This document shows positions 15,982-27,976 of a stretch of DNA of 64,000 nucleotides, piece after piece. The stretch is from Eledone cirrhosa (lineage: Eukaryota): assembly GCA_964016885.1 (NCBI GenBank), contig OZ024740.1, forward strand, positions 382,168,001 to 382,232,000, read 5' to 3'. How positions within the stretch are numbered: the stretch's first letter is position 1; each line of letters starts with the position of its first letter. Both the position numbers and the translations under genes were made by a program. Below the pieces are notes generated by a model. It was given only the letters and a program-made list of their open reading frames with translations, had not been told where the DNA came from and ran no database searches.

Positions 15982-17539
15982 TTCACGCACTCCTACACAC
16001 TAACTTTCTTTGTCAATCGGTACTTGAAAATGTTTGAAAATAACGAAAATTTCTAATTTAGTAATTTTTAAAGAAGCTGTTACATGCAGTAGCAGCTTAA
16101 ATATTCAGGGGAGTATACGCCACCGATCTACTTGATACGACAAAAGATGAAGTTGAACACAGATTCTGTATTATATTTATTTAACGTACAACCTCTCACA
16201 TATTTCTGCCAAAGTGTCGCTATAATTATGAGGAATGTCTTCATTATTCTTTGTAATGAAGAACACTGTTGTTTTCATAATTAGTGATCTGTATATTTTA
16301 CAATAGTTTCCCTGTACATTACTGCTTTCAGATTATTCTCCCACGTATAATGTAAGCAGTGTGGATGCTCTCATGTGCGGAGATAACAAATAAACAATAA
16401 TAATAATATTGAAAAAAAATTCTTGTGCAACACTCCTTATCGACTATGACTATTATGTCTATCACGAGTATTATTTAAAGGGTAAGGAGTCAAAGGAAGA
16501 ACCACAACGTAGGCGTTTGGTTTCCTAGACATATCAACGAAATATTCCGCAGATCACTCCCAACCAAGAACACAAAAATAATACTACTACATATATTATA
16601 CCATTAAAATGAACATGATGATGATGACAGGAGCGTTAGATCTCTACTATTAGAGGTGACGTGGTTCTCGATAATAATAGCAACTGAGAAATACATAAAA
16701 CATTGTTGGCCTGATATAGTTGGGAGGAAGTCCTAGTTTTTGCTAGACTAGATAATGTTCCTCGAACTGCTCCCTAAGCAAAAACGTGTACTTGAAAAAT
16801 CTAAATCGATTCGAGTGAGATACGAAATCTGAATTGCAGCATCGGACCAGATGTTCCTTTAAGTAAATTAAGGAATTGGAGAGCTATATTCTTGAACAGA
16901 TCCACGATATTATCACAATGTTAATGTTAGTTTCTTTTGACTGGAGACAAAGGAAGAGGACAATGGTTGCTGCTAATATCTTTCCTAGGGGCATTTTCAG
17001 TTTAAATTCAAGGCAACAAATAAAACCTATTGGTTCGCAGCCTGGGGTCAAATTAGTGGGTAAATTTGTTGATACTTTAATTATAATTAAAAAATTAAAT
17101 TTGAGAAGAGAATTTGAAGTAGGTCTGTTTTCTTTATTAAAACACTAATTAGTTTCTACTGTTTTGGAGTTAGTGATCTGCAGGAGTGTCATTGATCGAT
17201 GCTTTCATTTTAGATAACTGTCTTTTGGATTAGTACAGGTTTTCTGTTCATTATTGTTGTTCATAAATAATATAACATTGTGAAAAAGAGCATTTTAAAA
17301 TTTCCCCTTTCATAGTAGATAAAACACGTTATTGAAGAACACAGGCTGTCGGTAAATATATTTTTAAAGTGTTGCCACGGTGTAAAGTGGATGAAATTGT
17401 TTTGGAATCCCTGGGTTAAACAGATCTTCAATCTATTTCACGAACTCCGCTTGGCAATTGTCTGCACGTTATTCATTTTGCCCTTCGTCACGAAACAACA
17501 AAAGGTCATGCCTCAAAATATTGTCTTCACAACGCCGAC

Positions 17540-17850
17540 AATTTGGCGGGAAGAGGAAAGTCGACTAAATCGACCCTAGTGCGTTACTGGTGCTTTATGT
17601 CACCGACAACATAACGATGAAAGGCAAATCTAACACCGGTGGGATTTGAAATCAGAATAATAATAACATTGATAATAATAATGGTTTCTACTTTAGGCAC
17701 AAGGCCAGCAATTTGAAGAGGTGGGGAGTCGATAAAATCGACCCCAGTGATTATTGGTGCTTTATTTTATCGACCACGTAAGGATGAAAGTCAAAGTTAA
17801 CCACGGCGGGATTTTGAACTCAGAACGTAAAGGGCCATAAATCTATGTCG
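17540..17850 (-). mobile_element. Two adjacent SINE copies
   Basis: GATGAAAGGCAAA.../GGATGAAAGTCAAAGTTAACCACGGCGGGATTTTGAACTCAG and AGGCACAAGGCCAGCAATT. Confidence 0.75.
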
Positions 17851-18154
17851 TTTTCGTATTGAATAATTACGGCAATGTTGATAACTCTTTATAATTTAGG
17901 TACTAGACAAGCATTATATTGTAGCTGGGTAATTGGTTATATTGTCACTAGATGGGATTTGAATTCAGTTTGAACAGAGAAGATAAAGGATAACTACTGC
18001 AATATATTGTATCCATCAGTATAAGTTACAAATTATATATATAAATATATAGAGAGGAGCGTATAATAAGGAAGATAAACAAGTCAGTTTAGTGTACTGT
18101 AAGAAATATAACGTTTTTTCTCTAAAAAGAAAGCATTTGAAATTCGAAAATATA

Positions 18155-18430
18155 CGTAGTTAAATAGATTGCTTCGCAACCAGATGATTCTAGTTCAGCT
18201 GCATTGTGTGGCAGCTTGAACCGGTGTCCTATTCTATAGCATCGTATTGTCCAAAACATTGAGAGTGAAATTTGTGTATGTATGTGTGTGTCCGTGTTTA
18301 TGTCCTTATCTTAGAATATCCACAAAATGAGATCGGTAAAAAAAGTACTAGCATCGATATGATTGACTGAATCGCCAGAAGGTGGTCGACCCCACAATGG
18401 TCGAAGTCTAATGACTGAAACAATTAAAAA
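18155..18430 (+). mobile_element. Old tRNA-derived SINE of a second family
   Basis: GTAGTTAAATAGATTGCTTCGCAACCA...GTTCAG...GTGTGGCAGCTTGAACCGGTGTCCTATTCTATAGC...AATGACTGAAACAA, highly degenerate. Confidence 0.5.
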
Positions 18431-18870
18431 CTAAGAAGGATGAATATATAAATAATGATATTTTCTAATGAAGACGCAGTGTCAAAAATATGGTTTATGT
18501 GGAAGGATTAAATAGAACTCATAAATTCACTGGTTCAATCCTTTTATCGATGCCAGAAGCTGTCCCAAGCGGGATTTGCACTAAGAACGTAATTTTAGAA
18601 AATAAGCACAAATAATTTTGACGGACAATTTATTGAGTCTCTCTCATAATCCCGGCCTTTTCCGTATTTAATAGAGATGTTAATAATCACCATGGCGTAA
18701 CAAATATCTGTTAATGACACTGAAGAGTTCTGTATAAATACCTAAAATTCATAATTTCGCTAGTACAGTATCAGCATTTCTGTAAAGTTATATTGTCTTC
18801 GACATTTAAGTAAACCTTCATCCACGCGTGAAGTCCTCTCACTTTCATAAATATTCACAAACACATATGC

Positions 18871-18919
<49 letters not shown>

Positions 18920-18924
18920 TACGG

Positions 18925-18990
<66 letters not shown>

Positions 18991-19120
18991 GCATATATAC
19001 ATGTATATTTATATATATACATGTATATTTGATATATATATTTGATCCTGAGATCATACGGTATCTGAATGGCACCCATTCTTGTGAAATCGCGAGCATA
19101 AACCGTAGGGCCCGTGCTCG

Positions 19121-19246
<126 letters not shown>

Positions 19247-19577
19247 GAAAGAGAGGATGACGTTATATGTGTTGAGTAGATGTATGCGATAATTGCATTC
19301 TTCTACATTTCAATGTAAACGAATCAGATACGATAGCTGTATGAGTTAACAAATTGATATATAGAACCTTATAGACGAGAGACAGACGAATTTATATTAA
19401 TACTTCGTCAAATACATTTACTTAAGTAATTGTTGGCGTGAAATGGCCTCTAATGTAGACTCGCGACGTGCTAGAAATATCAGCAAAACTGCTGAATAAT
19501 AATAACTTTCAAAATCACAATAACCCTGGAGTGGTAGTGTACACACACATACATACATACATATATATATATATATA

Positions 19578-19608
<31 letters not shown>

Positions 19609-19633
19609 ATGTATATATATATATATATATATA

Positions 19634-19705
<72 letters not shown>

Positions 19706-19716
19706 GTATATATATT

Positions 19717-20046
19717 AATTTGTTTTATTTGGAGAAAATTAAGAAGTTGAAAATACAGTTTAGCTGTCTACGTGCATTGTTCATAGAAATATTGTTGAGC
19801 CCCTTCTTTTCATACTCCTCTGTTTTGGCCGTTAGGAGTAAATGTGAAAGAGAAAGTCACAGGTTAAGTTGGCAGAAGGTTCCAGTGTCATAGCAGTAAG
19901 GCGTAGGCTACTTACCTCAAAAGTTCATTCGCACTCTTTCCACCAAGTTACTCTTTCTCTCTATCCCTCTCGGTGCAGTCCCCTGAGAATTTCTCGCGTA
20001 GGCCTGGTGTAGATTTGCACCAGATCCATCTACCCGATGCACATGT
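19717..20046 (+). repeat. 330-bp direct copy of 22425-22754 inside a (TA)n tract
   Basis: Identical by eye from AATTTGTTTTATTTGGAG to CCCGATGCACATGT. Confidence 0.9.
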
Positions 20047-20059
20047 ATATATATATATA

Positions 20060-20135
<76 letters not shown>

Positions 20136-20189
20136 GTATATATATATATATAATGTATATATATATATATATATATAACATATATATAC

Positions 20190-20242
<53 letters not shown>

Positions 20243-21684
20243 ATGTATATGTCTCACACACACACACTCTCTCTCCCTCTTTCTCTCTCTCTCTCTCTTT
20301 CTCTCTCTGTATATATATATATATATATATATATAGTAGTTCCACAACAGTTAGTTCACCATACCGAGAACAAATATGTATATATAAACATGCATAATAT
20401 ATCAACAGACTCAAGTACTAGCATACATACAGATATACTACCACAATCATGCTGATAATCAGCTGAAAATTTGGGTATGATCCAGTTATCCACAGATCAT
20501 AATATTCTGAGTGAATCCCTACTTGCGGACCTGTTTACTACCACAATCGTCGTGCAAGTTTTATAATAAGCTGTGCGGCTGGGTGGTGAGTTATGTATCT
20601 ACATCGTTAAATGAATGTTATGAAATCCACGGGATTTCCGACTTTGGAATTTTGAGCACAACTGAAGGATTTCCCACTGTCTCTGCAAGGTCGATAGACA
20701 TGCGAGAAATAACAAATCCTTATATATTGGATAATCCGGTCGGGACGGTATTTCCCGTCACGGCTGTGATAGCCCGTTGGCTGCTGTATTAAAGAGGATG
20801 TAAGGTTGAAAATCATCGGCAACATCAAATATCAAAATAACACTACATTTGCACTGAAACAAACCAGGTCGACAAGCAGTCACGAAGTTAATACACACAG
20901 ACGGATAGAAAATTGATATTGTGAGGTATATACTTCGGACACATTTAAACGTCACATATAAACTCTCACTTACATACACATAGACAGCCACTATGCTGAT
21001 AGAAATACAGAATTGCAACGCTGATAAATAAACATAGATCACATAGTCACTGACACACGCGTATAAAGTACGCTGACATTCTCACTTCACTTATAGACAA
21101 ACGCACACAATCATTCCTTCACACACACACATATACAATGAGGATACGTATACATGAACAAACGGACGGTGTTTAAAAGTTGCATACGCTTACAAGCTAA
21201 GTCACAAACGCATAAACAACTCCAAACACTTACACACGTTCACAGATGTAGAATATATAAATCAGAGTAAAATTATGAGAATAGCTATGTAAAAGCATGC
21301 GTTAGACGCTCTTACAAATGGCTGGCATATGGTAAACCGCCTTGTTGACACATCTCCAACATTTGCCTGTCTTTAAAGAAACAGCTGAGGTGATTGAGAT
21401 GAGGAAATGTATGGAGCGTATTACACTGTACATGAAAGGTTTCGGTTGACACTCACGTTCATAAACCGACCCAACGAAAGGTTAAACGCGAGTTAGTGAG
21501 GGAAATTCTACGTGGCTGTCCCGCGTGCTTGAAATAGCAACCAAATTCCCGTCAAACTACATCTTATGTATAATCTTTTTATTAAACACAGAACACATTG
21601 TATAATGTAGATATACATAACACTGTCTGATGGTAGAGGCTGGGAAAATTAACTTGCATTGTATTAAGCATATTATTGTTAAAG

Positions 21685-21873
21685 GGCGGTGGATTGGCAG
21701 TATCGGTAGAGGGTCGGACGCCATGCTTTCCAGCATAGTTACGTCCCTTTACGATCTGAGTTCAAATCCCGCCGAGGTTAACTTTGCCTTTCATCCTTAC
21801 GGGGTCGATAACATAAAGTACCAGTAATGCACTGGGTAATTGCTGGCCTTGTGCCTAAAGTAGAAACAATTAT
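21685..21873 (+). mobile_element. tRNA-derived SINE
   Basis: Same family as 1347-1522. Confidence 0.85.
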
Positions 21874-21994
21874 TGTTAAAGGAATACCCCAGGTCAAATG
21901 TAATATTTATGTATATCAATATATTTATATATATTTAAATATATATATATACATGCATACATATATAAATACATACATATATAAAATAAACACG

Positions 21995-22030
<36 letters not shown>

Positions 22031-22235
22031 GTTACATTATATGCAGATAACCGACCAGTTAGTGCATTGTAATTGGTGTTTCTCTAATTATTCTGAGGTC
22101 AGCACTCAACATCCCGAAGCAACCCCCAGGGGAGCTGATATTGAGAGAGGAGAGATTGAATGTTATCAGTTCCTCTATGTCTACACTTCTGTTTCTACCG
22201 AGAACCAAGGCTGGATAAAAATAATGTCCGAAAGA

Positions 22236-22299
22236 CTATCTGAAGAGTCCGGATTGATACACTGCATAGTCATCAAACTTCTCGAAACATTTATAATGG
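22236..22299 (+). ncRNA. Degenerate hammerhead in a PLE-tail fragment (family D)
   Basis: CTAT-CTGAAGA-G...C-GAA-ACA tt TAT-A-ATGG. A homologous copy lies on the minus strand at 33826-33889. Confidence 0.45.
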
Positions 22300-23024
22300 A
22301 ATATATAATATACTAGCAGTGTATCCCGGCGTTGCACGGGTAAGAACATTGGTAATAGCACCTCCAATGAGAAACGCTTATTTGGGTGTGCCTGTTAAAA
22401 ACTCACGAAAATATACCGACAGGAAATTTGTTTTATTTGGAGAAAATTAAGAAGTTGAAAATACAGTTTAGCTGTCTACGTGCATTGTTCATAGAAATAT
22501 TGTTGAGCCCCTTCTTTTCATACTCCTCTGTTTTGGCCGTTAGGAGTAAATGTGAAAGAGAAAGTCACAGGTTAAGTTGGCAGAAGGTTCCAGTGTCATA
22601 GCAGTAAGGCGTAGGCTACTTACCTCAAAAGTTCATTCGCACTCTTTCCACCAAGTTACTCTTTCTCTCTATCCCTCTCGGTGCAGTCCCCTGAGAATTT
22701 CTCGCGTAGGCCTGGTGTAGATTTGCACCAGATCCATCTACCCGATGCACATGTCTACTTTGTACGGCTTTTGGAGGAAGGAGTGACCAGCAGTACGTTG
22801 TTCTGTATTATTACGAATAGGTGTAGCAGAGAATCCCGCGTAAACTAACAACTCGGGAGGAAACTGCTTACATCGAAGATTCATTCGCCATCGTTCTTTT
22901 CAACGCCCCGGTACTTGGTATTTGCTGGTCTACAGTTAGATGAATGGCGCAGAAAGGGTTAATGTTTATTGGCAAGAAGTTTTTTAAATAATAAAAGACG
23001 GGTTAAAGCGACCTACAATGCATT

Positions 23025-23072
<48 letters not shown>

Positions 23073-23360
23073 CAAATAACGAAACGAAATTAAATTTCGT
23101 TTCGTTTGTAACTCACTTTTGTATGACTGACGCTTAAACAATTAAGTTAAAAATGTACATCCACATATGTATACTGAAATACTAGTATGCATATGAATAC
23201 ACACACGTATACATATGTAGATGTACCGAGTTTTTCACTGGTCACTTTACTGTGAGTGTCCAGCTATTCTGTATGTAAACACACAGACAAACCGGTTTTT
23301 AGAGTCATACTGGTTTTTGAGGAAACACCTTTCCTCTATTCTCCAGAAAGCCAGACAAGG

Positions 23361-23405
23361 AATATTGAACTAGTTTCGATGTTGTTACATCTCATCAGCA
23401 ATATT
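23361..23405 (-). ncRNA. Minimal type I hammerhead ribozyme (array unit 1)
   Basis: Reverse complement reads AATATTG-CTGATGA-GATGT aaca ACATC-GAA-AC ta GT-T-CAATATT. Confidence 0.9.
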
Positions 23406-23831
23406 TACCTATCTTCCGGCCTTTCTAGAGAATCGTAAAAGCACATATCGTTATATGCTTTTTTTATGAAAATTAGTAGTGGGCAGACTAATTTGCATAG
23501 AGCGTGAGTGCGTACCGGTTCAACGGAGACGATAAAAACAAATAACGAAACGAAATTAAATTAAATTTCGTTTCGTTTGTAACTCACTTTTGTATGACTG
23601 ACGCTTAAACAATTAAGTTAAAAATGTACATCCACATATGTATACTGAAATACTAGTATGCATATGAATACACACACGTATACATATGTAGATGTACCGA
23701 GTTTTTCACTGGTCACTTTACTGTGAGTGTCCAGCTATTCTGTATGTAAACACACAGACAAACCGGTTTTTAGAGTCATACTGGTTTTTGAGGAAACACC
23801 TTTCCTCTATTCTCCAGAAAGCCAGACAAGG

Positions 23832-23876
23832 AATATTGAACTAGTTTCGATGTTGTTACATCTCATCAGCAATATT
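23832..23876 (-). ncRNA. Minimal type I hammerhead ribozyme (array unit 2)
   Basis: Identical to unit 1. Confidence 0.9.
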
Positions 23877-24297
23877 TACCTATCTTCCGGCCTTTCTAGA
23901 GAATCGTAAAAGCACATATCGTTATATGCTTTTTTTATGAAAATTAGTAGTGGGCAGACTAATTTGCATAGAGCGTGAGTGCGTACCGGTTCAACGGAGA
24001 CGATAAAAACAAATAACGAAACGAAATTAAATTTCGTTTCGTTTGTAACTCACTTTTGTATGACTGACGCTTAAACAATTAAGTTAAAAATGTACATCCA
24101 CATATGTATACTGAAATACTAGTATGCATATGAATACACACACGTATACATATGTAGATGTACCGAGTTTTTCACTGGTCACTTTACTGTGAGTGTCCAG
24201 CTATTCTGTATGTAAACACACAGACAAACCGGTTTTTAGAGTCATACTGGTTTTTGAGGAAACACCTTTCCTCTATTCTCCAGAAAGCCAGACAAGG

Positions 24298-24342
24298 AAT
24301 ATTGAACTAGTTTCGATGTTGTTACATCTCATCAGCAATATT
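24298..24342 (-). ncRNA. Minimal type I hammerhead ribozyme (array unit 3)
   Basis: Identical to unit 1. Confidence 0.9.
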
Positions 24343-24771
24343 TACCTATCTTCCGGCCTTTCTAGAGAATCGTAAAAGCACATATCGTTATATGCTTTTT
24401 TTATGAAAATTAGTAGTGGGCAGACTAATTTGCATAGAGCGTGAGTGCGTACCGGTTCAACGGAGACGATAAAAACAAATAACGAAACGAAATTAAATTT
24501 CGTTTCGTTTGTAACTCACTTTTGTATGACTGACGCTTAAACAATTAAGTTAAAAATGTACATCCACATATGTATACTGAAATACTAGTATGCATATGAA
24601 TACACACACGTATACATATGTAGATGTACCGAGTTTTTCACTGGTCACTTTACTGTGAGTGTCCAGCTATTCTGTATGTAAACACACAGACAAACCGGTT
24701 TTTAGAGTCATAAAAAAAGCATATAACGATATGTGCTTTTACGATTCTCTAGAAAGGCCGGAAGATAGGTA

Positions 24772-24816
24772 AATATTGCTGATGAGATGTAACAACATCG
24801 AAACTAGTTCAATATT
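24772..24816 (+). ncRNA. Minimal type I hammerhead ribozyme (inverted arm, copy 1)
   Basis: AATATTGCTGATGAGATGTAACAACATCGAAACTAGTTCAATATT. Predicted cleavage after GTT at 24809. Confidence 0.9.
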
Positions 24817-25237
24817 CCTTGTCTGGCTTTCTGGAGAATAGAGGAAAGGTGTTTCCTCAAAAACCAGTATGACTCTAAAAACCGGTTTGTCTGTGTGTTT
24901 ACATACAGAATAGCTGGACACTCACAGTAAAGTGACCAGTGAAAAACTCGGTACATCTACATATGTATACGTGTGTGTATTCATATGCATACTAGTATTT
25001 CAGTATACATATGTGGATGTACATTTTTAACTTAATTGTTTAAGCGTCAGTCATACAAAAGTGAGTTACAAACGAAACGAAATTTAATTTCGTTTCGTTA
25101 TTTGTTTTTATCGTCTCCGTTGAACCGGTACGCACTCACGCTCTATGCAAATTAGTCTGCCCACTACTAATTTTCATAAAAAAAGCATATAACGATATGT
25201 GCTTTTACGATTCTCTAGAAAGGCCGGAAGATAGGTA

Positions 25238-25282
25238 AATATTGCTGATGAGATGTAACAACATCGAAACTAGTTCAATATT
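25238..25282 (+). ncRNA. Minimal type I hammerhead ribozyme (inverted arm, copy 2)
   Basis: Identical motif 466 nt downstream. Predicted cleavage after 25275. Confidence 0.9.
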
Positions 25283-25497
25283 CCTTGTCTGGCTATCAGG
25301 AGAATAGAGGAAAGGTGTTTCCTCAAAAACCAGTATGACTCTAAAAACCGGTTTGTCTGTGTGTTTACATACAGAATAGCTGGACACTCACAGTAAAGTG
25401 ACCAGTGAAAAACTCGGTACATCTACATATGTATACGTGTGTGTATTCATATGCATACTAGTATTTCAGTATACATATGTGGATGTACATTTTTAAC

Positions 25498-25536
<39 letters not shown>

Positions 25537-25602
25537 TATATATATATATGTGTGTATGTATGCATATATATATGTGTGTGTGTGTATGTATGAATATATA
25601 TA

Positions 25603-25637
<35 letters not shown>

Positions 25638-27869
25638 TTTTATGTGTATATTTATATATACATGTATATGTGTATATATATATATATGTGTATATATATA
25701 TATGTATATATAAGGAACTGTTTCTTTGTTTATTCATTATTTTATTAATTTATCTTGACTCTGTTTTCCGTTAATTTTCACCGAAAATAGTTTTTGAATG
25801 CATCTTCTCTTTTCATGATATCCGGATTACATTGAGTTCTTCATACGGATTGGACACCACCGTAAATTTTTGGTAGATTTATCTACATATATAAGTATAT
25901 ATGTATATATGTGTGTGTGAATGTAGCGAAGATAATACGTCAGCAATGACGTGTTCGTCAGAATGTCGTAATGCAGACACCGAGGCACGCGACGGAGATA
26001 GGTAACAACAGAAAATTGAAAAACAAAAGCTGCAGTTAATATCTTTAGACCGCAAGGAATATATAAATGCAAGTTTGAAGTCAATCGGAGTAGAAATGTG
26101 GATTTGTATAGACTTTGCAAAAATGAGGACACACACACACACACACACACAAGAACAGTTTTATATATATAGATTATGTTATATTATATTAAAATATATT
26201 AGATATTGATATCTACGTTGACAAAACTTGAAATGCTAATAAACGCCATAATACTTACATAGTTAGTAAATAGATATGTCAACAAGAAATTCTTTGAGCC
26301 AGTTCTCTCGGCAGGTTAAACTGTAAATAAAGTGAATGATGATGAAATAACAGAAATTGCCTCGAGTCTACTCATGCGTAGGGAGTGTAATTGTATAGGG
26401 AGACACTGTTTGGAAGCCCGTCCAATGGAGTGTACCTCCATTTCAAAGGACCAGCCTTCTCACACATCGTATCACGTTGAATTTATCTGAAAACTGCGTT
26501 AAGGGTACACATATCTGTGGAATACTCAGTCACAGACGCATTAATTTCATGAGCTAGATGTTCCGCTAATTGTATTCGACGCATGTCTATTCTATATCTG
26601 AACATAAATTTTCACAATTTAAAAAATGTTTAAATTATGAGAACTCCTGAGCGGTTATGAAGTTTACATCGCAAACAAGTGGAGTTAATAAGTTAGACCT
26701 GCCCTGCGCCAATACTGGCCGAAACCTATCAACATTATCAAAGTAACCAGGTTTTAATAATCCTAGCTTTCAAAAGAAGGTTGGTGCCGGGCATTTGCTG
26801 GCTCCGCTTCCAAGGTGTTGATGCTTATATATCATGCCGATCCTTCCGGGGAAACATCTGGATAAACATTACAGCTCGTGGCAATATAAAGCTACATAGG
26901 TATGATAATTCGAGTAGTACAATATGTTCTGAATGTGTTTTATATGTAACCAAATTTCTGCCAGTGGGGTTACAGCGCATAGCTGCCTGTTATTATGTAT
27001 ATCATACCTGTTGTCCTGTTATTATATACATTATACCAGTTGCCTGCTTTTGCTCTTGGCAAAATAATTAGTATGATGCGGCTTGCGGGTAGTTAAGCAG
27101 AGATATAATCGCCTAACCCTCACGGAAAATCCAATTTTATGCCTGTAACAAAATTATCAAAGGCTGTAAATTTGCACATTTATTATTTGCACATTCAATT
27201 ATTTGCACATTCAACACATTTCCTTTTGGTATTTGTTCTGGTTTCTAGGTTCTGATTTAAATATCATCGAGGCCAGCTTTACCTTTTGTCCCTCTAGCAT
27301 CGAAAAATAACCTCCCATCAGGTACTTGTTTGTGTTTGTAAAATAAATAATTATTTATGTAATTTTATAAAACACAAAATGTAACGTTTGTTTCTTTCTT
27401 ATCCTTGTGGCAAAATAAAGAAATCATTTTAATTTTCGGATAGTATGGAAATTAGATTTCTGGTTTTCGAACGACTACAAAGCTATGTCATTAAAGCATT
27501 GAGATTAAACATTGACGAAACTGAAGTATAGAAGGAAGCGAAACCATTATATAATTTTGAAATACTTTTATGTTCTGTTTTCTTCTATTTGATCAATTTT
27601 ATCATTCAGTTTCAATTAAAAATCGAGTCTTTTATTCCAACGGCGTCATATTGATACACTTTATAGATATTGTACAATATATACATTAGCAGATCCAGTC
27701 GATTGGCAAATACTGAGCCACTAGCAGAATACAGCCGCTAGATCATTTACACAGTGTTTCATCTTCTTTGCTGCTGCTTCTGCTGGTGTTCCTACTGCTG
27801 CTGCTTCTGCTGGTGTTCCTACTGCTGCTGCTGCTGCTCTACTACTACTACTACTACTACTAATAATAA

Positions 27870-27976
27870 TAATTGTTTCTACTTTTGGCACAAGGCCAGC
27901 AAATACCCAGTGTATTACTGGTACTTTATTTTATCGACCCCGTAAGGATGAAAGGCAAAGTTAACCTCGGCGGGAT
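27870..27976 (-). mobile_element. SINE 3' portion, truncated at the Tx1 tail
   Basis: GGCACAAGGCCAGC...GGATGAAAGGCAAAGTTAACCTCGGCGGGAT, then an abrupt switch to (AAT)n. Confidence 0.75.

Larger units (their letters stand above)
23066..25503. mobile_element. 466-bp tandem array with one hammerhead per complete unit (retrozyme-like), head-to-head inverted
   Basis: About 3.5 units (23066-24712; spacing 471 then 466) followed by about 1.7 inverted units (24708-25503). Switch at a TCATA microhomology. (TA)n on both sides. Confidence 0.9.
22313..26173 (-). mobile_element. Non-autonomous Helitron (Lep1-like architecture) hosting the HHR array
   Basis: On the minus strand the 5' end is A|TCTATATATATAAAAC with a subterminal (GT)n. 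The 3' end has the GC hairpin CCCGTGCAACGCCGGG followed by CTAG|T. Inserted between A and T. Confidence 0.7.

Noticed and set aside
20834-20885. Minus-strand ACRPGLFQCK resembling an LDL-receptor class A repeat
   Set aside because: The remaining Cys and the D-x-S-D-E motif are missing, there are no clear splice sites, and it is on the opposite strand to the host exon.
23293-23312. GTTTTTAGAGTCATA resembling a Cas9 CRISPR repeat/sgRNA scaffold
   Set aside because: The inter-repeat sequence is identical (no unique spacers), there are no cas genes, and the context is eukaryotic.
23256-25387. Five-copy 60-aa ORF (MSSYSVCKH...)
   Set aside because: Starts at GTG, lies antisense to the hammerhead and has no recognisable motif. 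Its repetition only reflects the tandem unit.
26690-26745. GCCAATACTGGCCGAAAC repeat (also about 45702-45757 and 10930-10975 minus)
   Set aside because: Has a hairpin plus GAAAC but no CTGANGA in any copy. Treated as an ordinary dispersed repeat.
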